Under the pieces are notes generated by a model. The model saw only the letters and a list, made by a program, of their open reading frames with translations. It was not told where the DNA came from and searched no databases. The translations under genes were made by a program, and so were the position numbers. Shown piece by piece: positions 43,601-49,620 of a stretch of 60,176 nt of DNA (positions within the stretch are counted from its first letter, which is position 1; each line of letters opens with the position of its first letter). The stretch lies in IMG/VR virus record IMGVR_UViG_3300027805_000002, one strand, 5' to 3'. This stretch comes from a virus.

Positions 43601-44925
43601 ACTACCTTGCCCGCAACTCAGGCGACCTTGAGGCCGAGCTTCGGCAGAGCTTTGGCAAGACCGCGGCGGTTGGTCGACTCACCAACACAGCTGTGGAGTC
43701 GTACAACAACACCTTTGAAATGATCGCGCCGCTGTCTATCTACAGGGCGCTGAAGGCTCAAGGCATGGAGGCCAAGGATGCGGCCGCCGCCACGCTGGAT
43801 CTGATGAACTTCAAGAAGCGCGGCTCAGCCATGCCAGCGATCCGCGCCCTGTACGTGTTCGCCCAACCTGCGGCTACGTCGGGCTACAACCTGATGCAGT
43901 ACCTGTCCACCGCCAAGGGCAAGAAGCGCTTTGCGGCACAGCTGTTGATCGGCACCGCGCTGTACGCCTTCCTGCGCGGCATGTGGGGCGACGATGAAGA
44001 TGATGAGGAACTCGGCAACAAGCTCGACAACCTCAGCAACTTCACGGTTGAGCGCTCGATCCCGATCCCGATCGGCGACCGCGTGGTGAAGATCCCGGTC
44101 GGCTTCGGAGCGCCGCAGCTGGCGTGGTCGGCCTCAGGCATCCTGAACCGCTGGCAGAGTGGCCGCTACGACACGGCCGACGCTCTGGGTGAGCTAGCTA
44201 AGGGCTGGGTGAAGTCCGTGTCCCCAGTGGCGCCATCAGACATCGAGCTTGCCAAGCGGCCAGCCAACTGGTTGATGATGACCTTCACCCCGACCGTCCT
44301 GCGGCCCCTGACCAGCATTGCCTCGGACCAGACCGCCTTTGGGCAGCCGCTGACCCCGGTGTTCAAGAGCGCGGACAAGTTCCGCAGCGAGCAGGCTCGC
44401 CGGACCACACCACGGGCGTATACCGAGGTGGCCAAGGAGATCCGCGAGATGACCGGGGTCGACCTGTACCCGGATCACATCAAGGCGCTGGCGGATGGCT
44501 ACCTCATCGGCCCGATGCGCGAGATCACCTCCTCGCTCATCGAGAACCCGTCGAAGGAGCAGCGCGGCGAGAAGGGCCGGATGCCGCTGGTGGCCTCGAT
44601 CGTCGACAACGTCAACGACCGCCAGATCCTGAACAGCGTCTACTACCGGACCCGGCAGGATCTGGAGGACGCGAACCGGGAGTACGAGTCACGACTGCGC
44701 GACGGCACCCTCGCGGGATGGCTGGACGGCGAGAAGTTCCAAAAGGTGCAGGCCTACAAGCGGATGGAACTCGTTGAACGCAAGATGGGCAGCCTGCGCG
44801 GCGTGCTCACCAAGCAGCGCGACCGCATGGATGCGGACGTGTACGCAGACCGCTTGCAGGAGATTGAAACGCGGGTGGATGAGGAGAGAAGGAAGGCCCT
44901 CGTGGCAGCCGTCCAGATGAGGTGA
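34600..44925 (+). CDS. giant polyvalent virion protein (3441 codons as one ORF) with a zincin HExxH motif and a Zeta-toxin-like kinase domain; may be a fusion or a multi-product locus
   Basis: HELAH lies at 36922-36936. The P-loop GGGGGAGKTT at 37600-37629 is followed by NADEIK...YNLVIDGT...GYHVVMMGV...GRFVP, a Zeta-toxin pattern. Three +1-frame islands are listed as separate features. Confidence 0.6.
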   Translation: MANLISSDEQLFGGGVAPAPTRNLGGGGSLIGSDEDLFGLSAMPAAAPKRTALGTLGDVANVAAKGVIGVGEGVVGLANIPTFGYAGKAMESIGYDPKRSREILNDLLQSDAQKAAQQEVDAAEGFTGTVKTALENPSTILTAAGESLPSMFAGGAIAKGLKGLTNLGGFARAAIGEGAISGGQTAEQIRQQTEDGTLSLGQTAIAVGSGALTGLLGYAGGKLARRLGIDDIDAVVAGVNASGAAAKRGLATRVLGAAVQEGVIEELPQSAQEQIAQNIALDRPWDEGVDKAAAMGMLAGAATGGGFQLMPQGRSDQPRQSGRSAEFVSQAFTDVGGAGQTMDELGRAKGAVAFALANLNDDEAGQIISSVSSGNEQLMQQLSAARADAALISSGRQFAQDNPIQFAAVSDMLRVDSGLNEADPSDSTSALISQELSRAFPSIYQQQTQQGQQPQPPQQPAVDPAGVTNTAGFIPEPLEQIQAQITAVTEGRKPAVVVGIQEAQNANFGGLSTGIATDPNTGEQAVVAAADDATVQAAVTRTAEVGLAQAMGEVLGYTQPGLTQQQVPAAVVQQVDNNSGQILSEEAVTPEAAASVNRVPGTTARVVTPEQALQSRMERTSTAVVQPELASTEPDSVVSPVAQEQNAVPADTTAVLPEPTAVNWAATGRTSGLVSLLNRSNGLQDGSPNSIDPSSVREVDIRSVKDRKQRRQLGQLAKAAKLAFGVDLILVDTPAGAVKRMDGSDFNQFNGVALPESKQLFLNVRAATPLNTLGHELAHILEVQAAETYARLEDTILTRVRFGAAKRLQTALQQAVQAESQGAVDINQRVAELRSELIAESIGELTADPKLWRDIFQGMGTDSAQVKSLYDTVIEAVGRLAKAFTRVGYIDGLKDMQAVRRAITDAYVSWSAAQQGAAPAQVSAQSSAPPPREAARFDRLPQKRFSPDNFPVTLTDDDPLLRETITISGRARQDLRRGIVDQHFQSTSPNQYGRPILFLMGGGGGAGKTTAMAKLAGAGVIPDTSTAVTVNADEIKEMIPEFGKIKSVGDWRAAVTVHEESSLLTKAVQLRAMGAAADQVEESLKPYLPTASSGKYNLVIDGTMADERKGLRLISDAVDRGYHVVMMGVITKPSDAVARAKSRGERSGRFVPNDILFNAHAGFLSVLQAYSNVLGTNLHLVDNSGPQPVMTAFDDAAKEKIREYIADAGRGAEEIRASRSGRAAEPAAGQPKSGAQELQQRTTRGLPEATARDAAQGGREGQGQSADGLARGVVKLSRANIQRAASGDQSASAMEVMGKAPDYLARVGINREAPLVIEADVIYKVATGKGYTGTEKRTPLTVDQIQQLPQLLRNPAAVFDDPTDKNSVVVMTSLVVDQFDPVVIAISKDAKSNRVDIVRVSGSIEMNKGAYSPIKTAFGKEWDKFESWMRKENVLRYINPKNIDAAVQAGMPKRLARSLREAQILSKGRAYVEGGTASLAQIAYSPQQREVASGSNPGSLRQAPPASIVALPAGSVNPASGRKVLGKKVLAQRVLDRNPIYDALPENLRSASVVEPLYRNGPLFAFPSNAGKINTRIGAYLEERTKKALGRELDVADPEDQKLVAKMAAAEAVEAMIRDENASEWYDETMVKAFELAALVHPEIKTDPRAKNAFALVTAITSQGLNVEDNMASSLEIYEQWVASSNDANKRSFPERGVGKSSGAMANNFKKANRLIDEMGWDEFISFMNSSYSNRFMEKVFRGNVGGEGQDNIVYGSGIFGAKIGNGFFQNLMGNFKPITMDMWFSRTIGRLSGRVRAFTNELMADQLEKLRAAFVEGGDATRSLQPESFGDLIDEDLFLSDDDYAMGIAEEIRLAHEKDYKANRAGFDNRTRFKSALVNAAEAVSDTLYGLRDSPEGAAHRDQLRQISLMAIEEIRQSTGVNVEPAAFQALIWYPEQRLYRKMGGKQRVVGQDYVGAITKELLRRGVGIEEIEATKRAVSEQLRASRTRPQGEGDAGGRPESGQDGAAGTRSNEGRVVQESAQEFSGQNLIFEVAPDPGNQALTAAWNSLPADKRLKISQKLAKRYSKRVLSALGMTGEMVSQIGGYMDFTNPSLTIRLGKGGDPVLAAGMLGHVLSQDSMVVISETSFKGGELTGAVEIDVPADITLEQADKLYQELRKIKGADGNSLVGGHTTASGKMAILNYSGLSNEELASRIDRHLAGGYTVRYRDVFVSFPEKQDYNYAGDQRDRPTAARRPSFQGDANRLRAAASSDIEAELRSAGVKFSRTQGVARLAEPAGGPGTGGDQGPGSVRGAVHYGRSGFLSQLTGSAFGSGIRGAEQQRLSEPGVDPRIKKRVYFYLPAEGGIPQPEIGLGSHVYEADLSNLYDPESMPAVKGQGNALESAILDAGYRGYINREQGTAVVLNEDVPVQYQGTRDGKVVVPRRIQRLEPKIATREERGESVRKADQVISLKAKEAAQAAAPSFRMEYGEARVKTREKDAANAALEAAGSQFRFSRPLKAMTVQEALDMARTGQPAYTLGDAVERGQWAEAYRLAKNQQQRQQLFGRLGDWLIETFADAMIPVKRWIDALPLSGSLKQRLSGDLYRAAALRSTMQKELKQQFTEPMFRAIEAAAKSSKLTSDQVKMLAGYWMSAKYAPKANAWLITKDRTALIAAQQSGDPTAIAEAQKSLNDRLADVNGVIGATRARGVAGGFNNAEAAQMVADVESKISRQLLDEISSHVYGMMAWKRARDIRSGKVSQTAVNSWPNHRDYVPLTGDPRWSPESDDVFSTGGALNQEADKAINGRKDSVADDAIDAAFTAVVKSVNFSAMQDFKRSLARAYNEAAAQGVDIGLKREPVTGIIRPGDDVVIHRDTYTAPNGLQSSQAVAYRFDDKAVIGALKKENIETTNALLSTVSTPTRWYGRLVTQFMPMFAPINLVRDVWERSELVRTRKLLDRNGQQIDTDRVARAAIAETINPRLWKASFASNFNRAGQSPERADLEEMIRLGGSSVWGDYLARNSGDLEAELRQSFGKTAAVGRLTNTAVESYNNTFEMIAPLSIYRALKAQGMEAKDAAAATLDLMNFKKRGSAMPAIRALYVFAQPAATSGYNLMQYLSTAKGKKRFAAQLLIGTALYAFLRGMWGDDEDDEELGNKLDNLSNFTVERSIPIPIGDRVVKIPVGFGAPQLAWSASGILNRWQSGRYDTADALGELAKGWVKSVSPVAPSDIELAKRPANWLMMTFTPTVLRPLTSIASDQTAFGQPLTPVFKSADKFRSEQARRTTPRAYTEVAKEIREMTGVDLYPDHIKALADGYLIGPMREITSSLIENPSKEQRGEKGRMPLVASIVDNVNDRQILNSVYYRTRQDLEDANREYESRLRDGTLAGWLDGEKFQKVQAYKRMELVERKMGSLRGVLTKQRDRMDADVYADRLQEIETRVDEERRKALVAAVQMR
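38219..38419 (+). CDS. +1-frame island 1 inside the giant ORF (66 codons; alternative C-terminus or embedded small gene)
   Basis: The +1 frame reads MPGEAQKRSEPAAPAEQQNPLLGSLNQALKNFNNAPPEDFQKLLREMQRKEEEKGKGSPPMVWPEE. By hand count, 56 of 66 codons are G/C-ending here against 26 of 67 in the main frame. Confidence 0.35.
   Translation: MPGEAQKRSEPAAPAEQQNPLLGSLNQALKNFNNAPPEDFQKLLREMQRKEEEKGKGSPPMVWPEE
40586..40693 (+). CDS. +1-frame island 2 inside the giant ORF (35 codons from the ATG; signal starts about 40553)
   Basis: The +1 frame reads MLEDDPNLDKMAQRVREAMKAGLFKSQRKSSPDKT. An AGGGAG lies 6 nt before the ATG. Main-frame codons here are mostly A/T-ending. Confidence 0.3.
   Translation: MLEDDPNLDKMAQRVREAMKAGLFKSQRKSSPDKT
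41273..41518 (+). CDS. +1-frame island 3 inside the giant ORF (81 codons)
   Basis: The +1 frame reads MPVINETGQPLPDGHPFKGTRIAFGQQ...KVLHDLQNLPEDPVLGVIRARDRYAEQSTTDDQAS. The signal is mixed in the middle (41350-41410), where the main frame looks better. Confidence 0.3.
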   Translation: MPVINETGQPLPDGHPFKGTRIAFGQQPRPTSKPSSAPQASSSPAPKVLHDLQNLPEDPVLGVIRARDRYAEQSTTDDQAS

Positions 44926-44965
44926 AAAGCCAATGGAATCAAGCACTTGGGGCATGGCCCTCCGG

Positions 44966-45009
44966 TTGCAAATCCGTCTAGCCCGGTTCGACTCCGGGCC
45001 GCGCCTCCA
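44966..45009 (+). other. attP core: 3' 44 nt of a tRNA-Cys(GCA) gene (anticodon loop through CCA)
   Basis: TTGCAAATCCGTCTAGCCCGGTTCGACTCCGGGCCGCGCCTCCA is near-identical to the 3' part of E. coli tRNA-Cys as I recall it. The upstream sequence cannot form the acceptor or D arms. Confidence 0.7.
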
Positions 45010-45045
45010 CCTCCCCGCTGCTCTGTAGAGCCTGCCTGAACGGCA

Positions 45046-45070
45046 TAAGTCCTTGCACATCAAGGACTTA
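45046..45070. repeat. Perfect 10-bp inverted repeat (TAAGTCCTTG cacat CAAGGACTTA)
   Basis: Direct reading. It lies between attP and int and has no U tract. Confidence 0.7.
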
Positions 45071-45189
45071 GCGCGCTTCCCCCTCGCCCGCGTTCGCGGT
45101 TGCCCATCTGTGGCGCTGATCCTTGCTGCTTGTGCCGGCGGCACGTACGCGTATCGCTTCCCACTCGGAATAGTGTTGCGGTTTGAGCA

Positions 45190-45223
45190 CAGAACCGCGC
45201 CAGAACCGCGCTCAGAACAGCGC
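45190..45223 (+). repeat. Three direct 11-bp repeats (CAGAACCGCGC x2, CAGAACAGCGC); candidate integrase arm-type sites
   Basis: Direct reading, 40-70 nt upstream of int. Confidence 0.5.
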
Positions 45224-45261
45224 AGACGGATTTGACAGTCCGTCCATTGGTATCATGGGCC

Positions 45262-46419
45262 ATGAACACCAAACTACCCACCGGGATTACCCTCACCCCC
45301 AGCGGCACCTACCAGTCGGTGATCCACCACCGCAACCTGCCCAAGGGCCGCCTGTTCCGCAACTTCAAGACGCTGGCTGACGCCGTGCGCGGCCGCGAAC
45401 TGCTGCTCAAACAGCTGGACAACAACACGGCCGTGGCCCAAGAGCCGCGACACGTCCAGATCTCCACCGTGCTGCTGGAGTACTTGGAGGCCGACAACGC
45501 CAAGATCGCCAAGACCGACCGGGCCTTGGTCTTCCTGCTCCAGCGGCAACTGACCGTGGTGCTGAAGGAGTTGGACATCCGCTGGGTCGAGAACTGGGTG
45601 CGCGACATGAAGTGCGTAGACAACCTCGCCCCCAGCACGATCCGCCGCAAGGTGGAGTGCGTCGCCCGAGCCTTGGATTGGTGGAACCGCACCGAGCACC
45701 CGGGGCTCAAGCTCGGCAACCCGTTCCGGGACCTGCCCCGCGGCTACAGCACCTACGGCGAAAACGACAAGCTGCTGCCCGGGCGCGCTGCCAAGCGCGA
45801 CGTTGAGCGAGACCGCCGGCTGCTGCCCGGCGAGGATGAGCGCATCGAGGCGGCCATCAACAACTGGCACAACCCCAAGCGAGAGCGCCCCCTGAACTGG
45901 GATGACCGGGCCGACTTCCTGATGATCTACCGATTGATCGTGAACACCGGCCTGCGCCTGCGCGAGGCGTACACGCTGCGCCTTGAGGACCTGCGTCTGG
46001 ATGAGCGCTACATCTTCATCCGCCCGGGCAAGACAGGGCGCAGCCGCACAGTGCCGGTGACCCGCCAGCTGGAGGGCTGGATCCGCGACTACCTAAAGGA
46101 CCACAGCAAGGCCTCACAGCTGTCAGACCCGATCTTCCCGTTCTGGGGTGGCAGCTTGGACGAGAAAGCCCTGACCTTGGTGTCGAGACGGGTGTCGGCA
46201 AGGTTCAGCACCCTGTTCAGCTACGCCGAGTGCGAGGACCTAAGGGAGCATGACCTGCGCCACGAGGCTACCTGCCGCTGGATGATGAAGAGGAAGCCAG
46301 ACGGGAACTGGCTGTACCGGGCCGAGGAGGTGCGCCGGATCACCGGCCACAAGTCAGTGCAGGTCTTCGAGCGCTACCTGTCGCTCAGGGGCTGTGATCT
46401 GGCGGCTGAGCTTGACTAG
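45262..46419 (+). CDS. int: tyrosine integrase
   Basis: The catalytic-region pattern is ...LRLREAYTLRL...HDLRHEATCRW...ITGHKSVQVFERYLSL. The ATG is at 45262; the track ORF starts at a TTG at 45232. Confidence 0.85.
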   Translation: MNTKLPTGITLTPSGTYQSVIHHRNLPKGRLFRNFKTLADAVRGRELLLKQLDNNTAVAQEPRHVQISTVLLEYLEADNAKIAKTDRALVFLLQRQLTVVLKELDIRWVENWVRDMKCVDNLAPSTIRRKVECVARALDWWNRTEHPGLKLGNPFRDLPRGYSTYGENDKLLPGRAAKRDVERDRRLLPGEDERIEAAINNWHNPKRERPLNWDDRADFLMIYRLIVNTGLRLREAYTLRLEDLRLDERYIFIRPGKTGRSRTVPVTRQLEGWIRDYLKDHSKASQLSDPIFPFWGGSLDEKALTLVSRRVSARFSTLFSYAECEDLREHDLRHEATCRWMMKRKPDGNWLYRAEEVRRITGHKSVQVFERYLSLRGCDLAAELD

Positions 46420-46847
46420 CCTATGAACTTGCCGGAAGGGCCCACCTCGTAGCCCTCTTCCGGCTGTTCGTATTGGAAGGGCAGGCTACCGGGGCCGTAG
46501 CCTGCGCGCCCCCTACATACGCCGAGGCACTCACCCTCGGGGGCGTTGCATCCAGAGGCTGCACAGCTGGCGGAGATTGTGTTCAGCCCCAAAGATGGCT
46601 CCCCCAAGCGCTGGCGATGCAACTCCAGCGCGTCGTGCGCCGAGCCCCACCAGCGGCTGAGCGCGGCGGTGTCTTTGGTTGCCAGCAACAAGCACTCCAA
46701 CTCCATGGCCAGACGCGCCGCATCGGCGTCGGCGTCAGTCCACGCCACCGGCTCTGCCAACGCCGCCTTCAGGGGGGCGGGACACCCGCACGCTCCGGTA
46801 TCTTCGTCGTATGGGCACCAGCAGATACCACACACAGTTCGGCTCAT
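46416..46847 (-). CDS. hypothetical Cys-rich protein
   Basis: Track ORF, last gene of the early-left operon. Its stop overlaps the int stop. Confidence 0.45.
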   Translation of the reverse strand: MSRTVCGICWCPYDEDTGACGCPAPLKAALAEPVAWTDADADAARLAMELECLLLATKDTAALSRWWGSAHDALELHRQRLGEPSLGLNTISASCAASGCNAPEGECLGVCRGRAGYGPGSLPFQYEQPEEGYEVGPSGKFIG

Positions 46848-47221
46848 GCCTCACCCCCAATCCCGTGCGCCCGTTCGGCGTAACGGATGGCCGTCTCGAT
46901 CCACGCTGAAGCCGTGTGGTCGAACCCATCAGGTAGATTGCGCCAGATGTAGATGTACGCCTCGTTCATCTGGTCTTCGTTCAGCGGCTTACGCTGGGGT
47001 GGGGCGGTGTAGAGGGGCACAAGACCATCGGCGGTGCCGCCGTCCAGTTCCTCGGGCGTGTACGCGCAGTTGATCTCCTCATCTAACCACGCCACCGGCT
47101 CCTGCACCGGCTCTGCCAGCGCGGCCTCAAGAGCGGCAATCTCTGCGTAGGTGTCGTAATAACTACTGGCGCGAACGAGTACCTCCAGCGCCTGCTGGGC
47201 GGTTTCACGGAGTGACGACAT
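46844..47221 (-). CDS. hypothetical protein
   Basis: ATG at 47221 with an AAGGAG SD. It shares an ALAEPV..PVAW motif with the downstream gene. Confidence 0.5.
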   Translation of the reverse strand: MSSLRETAQQALEVLVRASSYYDTYAEIAALEAALAEPVQEPVAWLDEEINCAYTPEELDGGTADGLVPLYTAPPQRKPLNEDQMNEAYIYIWRNLPDGFDHTASAWIETAIRYAERAHGIGGEA

Positions 47222-47405
47222 GGTTACTCCTTTGTTTTCTACACCAGTCGCGCAACTGAGGCGGAACGTCTGGCGAGATTTCTGCAACCCCGCACGGGAC
47301 CCAGACCCCATCGCGGTACTTATGGACCATGAGTCCAGCAGCCAGACCAGCGCCGACAAGGACGCCGACGATGACCAGCTGGGCGGCCTGTCTCAGCACT
47401 TCCAT
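47205..47405 (-). CDS. hypothetical small membrane protein
   Basis: An internal ATG of track ORF 47205..47630 gives MEVLRQAAQLVIVGVLVGAGLAAGLMV. Its codons are G/C-ending. Confidence 0.35.
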   Translation of the reverse strand: MEVLRQAAQLVIVGVLVGAGLAAGLMVHKYRDGVWVPCGVAEISPDVPPQLRDWCRKQRSNHVVTP

Positions 47406-47647
47406 GCCCGCAGACTCTTGTTGATTCGGGAGTTCGGGTCGTTGGCCGTCTCCTTGGAGGTGAGCTTCTTCTTCATCCCCTCCATACGGGCGCAGAAGGA
47501 GTCGCGCCTCGGACCCCCTTCCGGCTGGGGGGCCTTGAGCCCCGGCTTGCCGGGGTTGGCTCGGTTGTAGGAGGCCCGGCCTTTGGCGTTGAGGCCGCCG
47601 TCGGGATCTTTGCCCTCTTTGCGCTGCCACGCTGGCGCCTTAGCCAT
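47393..47647 (-). CDS. hypothetical basic protein (conserved phage family by eye)
   Basis: GGAG SD. The motifs are WQRKEGKDPDGGLNAKGR...SFCARMEGMKKK...SRINKSLRAWKC. Confidence 0.5.
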   Translation of the reverse strand: MAKAPAWQRKEGKDPDGGLNAKGRASYNRANPGKPGLKAPQPEGGPRRDSFCARMEGMKKKLTSKETANDPNSRINKSLRAWKC

Positions 47648-47963
47648 GGGTCACTCCTTCCTCTTTTACAAAAATACCGCTTGGGGTCATGGTTCCCTTG
47701 CGGTGCTTGATCTGCTCGTAGGCTCCCTCAAGACAGTCAACAAGGTTGATGTCTTGCAGGGCGCAGTAGTTGATGAGGCAGACCATCACATCGCCCACTG
47801 CGTCTTTGATCGCCGGCACGTCGGACTTCATGGTCGCGTCGGCGAGTTCCCCCATCTCTGACACCGCCTTCAACAGCTGTGCCTGAGGTGTGGAGTTCGG
47901 GATGATCTTGCGGTCCTCTGCCCACCGGATCACCTCCAGTTCAATGGCCGGGTAGCTGGTCAT
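47640..47963 (-). CDS. MazG-like nucleotide pyrophosphohydrolase
   Basis: LLKAVSEMGELADATMK...AVGDVMVCLINYCAL is typical of small phage MazG proteins. Confidence 0.6.
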   Translation of the reverse strand: MTSYPAIELEVIRWAEDRKIIPNSTPQAQLLKAVSEMGELADATMKSDVPAIKDAVGDVMVCLINYCALQDINLVDCLEGAYEQIKHRKGTMTPSGIFVKEEGVTHG

Positions 47964-48229
47964 CGGTTGCCCCCGTACATCTTGGGATCGCGGCCACGCC
48001 AGCCACGGTTCTTCGCAGCACTCACGACGCGCAAGTTCGCGCCTTCGTTCGAGCCGCCGCGGTCCAGCGGGACCCTGTGGTCGACATCCTTGCCGTCACC
48101 CTTGCGCACCAGACCCTTCTCCATCGCATCCCGGCGGGCCGCGTTGTTCATTGCCCGCTTCTTCTTCTCTGCTGGCTGAGCGTTGCGTTCCTTCTGGTAG
48201 GCCAGCTTCTGCGGACTGCTCTTTGGCAT
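47960..48229 (-). CDS. small HNH-like endonuclease domain protein
   Basis: GGAGA SD. The motif is DVDHRVPLDRGGSNEGANLRVVSAAKN. Confidence 0.45.
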   Translation of the reverse strand: MPKSSPQKLAYQKERNAQPAEKKKRAMNNAARRDAMEKGLVRKGDGKDVDHRVPLDRGGSNEGANLRVVSAAKNRGWRGRDPKMYGGNR

Positions 48230-48370
48230 CGTCGTTCTCCTTGGTGTTTTGCAGGAACAGCAGTGACAGCTGTGTTAGCCCCGACCCGGTCGCCCAGTCA
48301 TAGCCGACATGGTTTGGTACTCCCGGTTTGAAGTCGAGGGGAACACGCTGGCCGCTGCTGTACCTACGCC

Positions 48371-48850
48371 TCACGGCCTCGTGACGAGAAGCTTGAAGCT
48401 CTCAATGGGGATGAACACGCAGGGCTCGATGTCGTCTGGGTCGTTGCGGTCTTCACGACCCCCCAACCCAATTGCCGGCATGTCGGCTGACGCTCTCATC
48501 CAGCGGATGCCGTCATCCCACTCCACGATCAGCAGGAATGGCATGCCAGTGTCCAAACACAGCTGTCGACCCTCTCGATACTTGCCGAGCGACAGCATCA
48601 AGGTGTCGTACTTACCGTATTGGTGGTAGCGTCGCTTGCACTCAGCCCACGCCCTCATGTTGCCGTCGGAGTTGAGGACCGCCCAGTCGATCTGGTAGCG
48701 AGCGGCAAGCTTGCGCTCCTTCGCCCCCCAGACCGAGCACGCGGCCTTCATGGTCTCGGCCTCGATTGCGAGCGTCTGAAGGGTTTCGTAGGTGGGTCTC
48801 AAAATCCCACCTCCGTCCTCATGGCTGGGCACTCGTGCGAGACGTTGCAA
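48371..48850 (-). CDS. hypothetical protein, possible PD-(D/E)XK-fold nuclease
   Basis: D...AECK-type motif (DGNMRAWAECKRR). The start is uncertain, since the track start overlaps the upstream gene by 52 nt. Confidence 0.35.
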   Translation of the reverse strand: MQRLARVPSHEDGGGILRPTYETLQTLAIEAETMKAACSVWGAKERKLAARYQIDWAVLNSDGNMRAWAECKRRYHQYGKYDTLMLSLGKYREGRQLCLDTGMPFLLIVEWDDGIRWMRASADMPAIGLGGREDRNDPDDIEPCVFIPIESFKLLVTRP

Positions 48851-49620
48851 TAGCCCTCGCAGCGCGTATACCCGCCGGGGCGGGTCTCGACGCTGTGACC
48901 GTTGCCAAGCTCTTCAGCGTGGGCCAAGGCCATCTTCCAGCCGTCGTGCAGCTTCACAGCTGTCTTCCTGCCGGCCTTCACCACAGCGAAGACGTCGTCA
49001 CGCTTCCATCTCTCCTCGTCGTTGCAGACGGGCGGATCTGGGTGCTGATGCGCTAGAACCCGTTCGAGCATGAAAGCCTCGGCGTCTTCAAGACTCCACA
49101 TCGGGATGTCCAAGGCCACGACCTGCGCCTTCGGGTAGTCCGCAGACGTTGTCCGAGACTTGGACCAGTCCCTCAGGATCGCAATGATACGCAAGGACGT
49201 GACATCTATCCCGCTATGGTGTGCTAGCAGGCGAAGCAAATTCAGCTGTTGCTCCCACTCCACCTTGCCTTCGCCGATGACGCTCCACACCGAAGTGACC
49301 TTGTAGTCCTGAAGGCACCCATCCTCGATGACGTCGAACTGACCGGAAACTTTCCAGCCGTTGACGTTCATGAACAGGCGCTCCTCAGCCCGGCCCTTGC
49401 CTCGGTACGCCCGCTCCAGTACGGTGTGGACGCTCTGCCCAAGCAGGGACCAGATGCGGTCAGAGACATCCTCCACCACCTCGACCTCCTGCCGGAGCTT
49501 GCGCTGGTAGGCGGGGGAGATCAGTTGGGTAACGGAGATGTCGCTGTCGCCTCTGGTGTAGGGGTCATTGGTGACGGCCGCCACCACCCCATCCGGCAGA
49601 TTGAGCCGGTTAGTCAGCAT
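48799..49620 (-). CDS. Cas4/RecB-like PD-(D/E)XK exonuclease with a C-terminal Cys cluster
   Basis: SVTQLISPAYQRKL..., the core motif QFDVIEDGCLQDYKVTS and a C-terminal CEGYCNVSHEC. The ATG is at 49620. Confidence 0.6.
   Translation of the reverse strand: MLTNRLNLPDGVVAAVTNDPYTRGDSDISVTQLISPAYQRKLRQEVEVVEDVSDRIWSLLGQSVHTVLERAYRGKGRAEERLFMNVNGWKVSGQFDVIEDGCLQDYKVTSVWSVIGEGKVEWEQQLNLLRLLAHHSGIDVTSLRIIAILRDWSKSRTTSADYPKAQVVALDIPMWSLEDAEAFMLERVLAHQHPDPPVCNDEERWKRDDVFAVVKAGRKTAVKLHDGWKMALAHAEELGNGHSVETRPGGYTRCEGYCNVSHECPAMRTEVGF

Noticed and set aside
44941-45009. A complete tRNA gene after the giant ORF
   Set aside because: Only the anticodon loop, variable loop, T arm and acceptor 3' strand with CCA match tRNA-Cys. 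The upstream bases cannot pair as the acceptor 5' strand or form a D arm, so it is called attP instead.
48096-48374. 92-aa minus ORF starting with GTG overlapping the upstream stop (GTGA) and running 134 nt into the HNH-like gene
   Set aside because: The HNH-like gene has a strong GGAGA SD and a plausible N-terminus, and so long an out-of-frame overlap is unlikely. The first 45 codons or so could still be a short real peptide, but I cannot support it.
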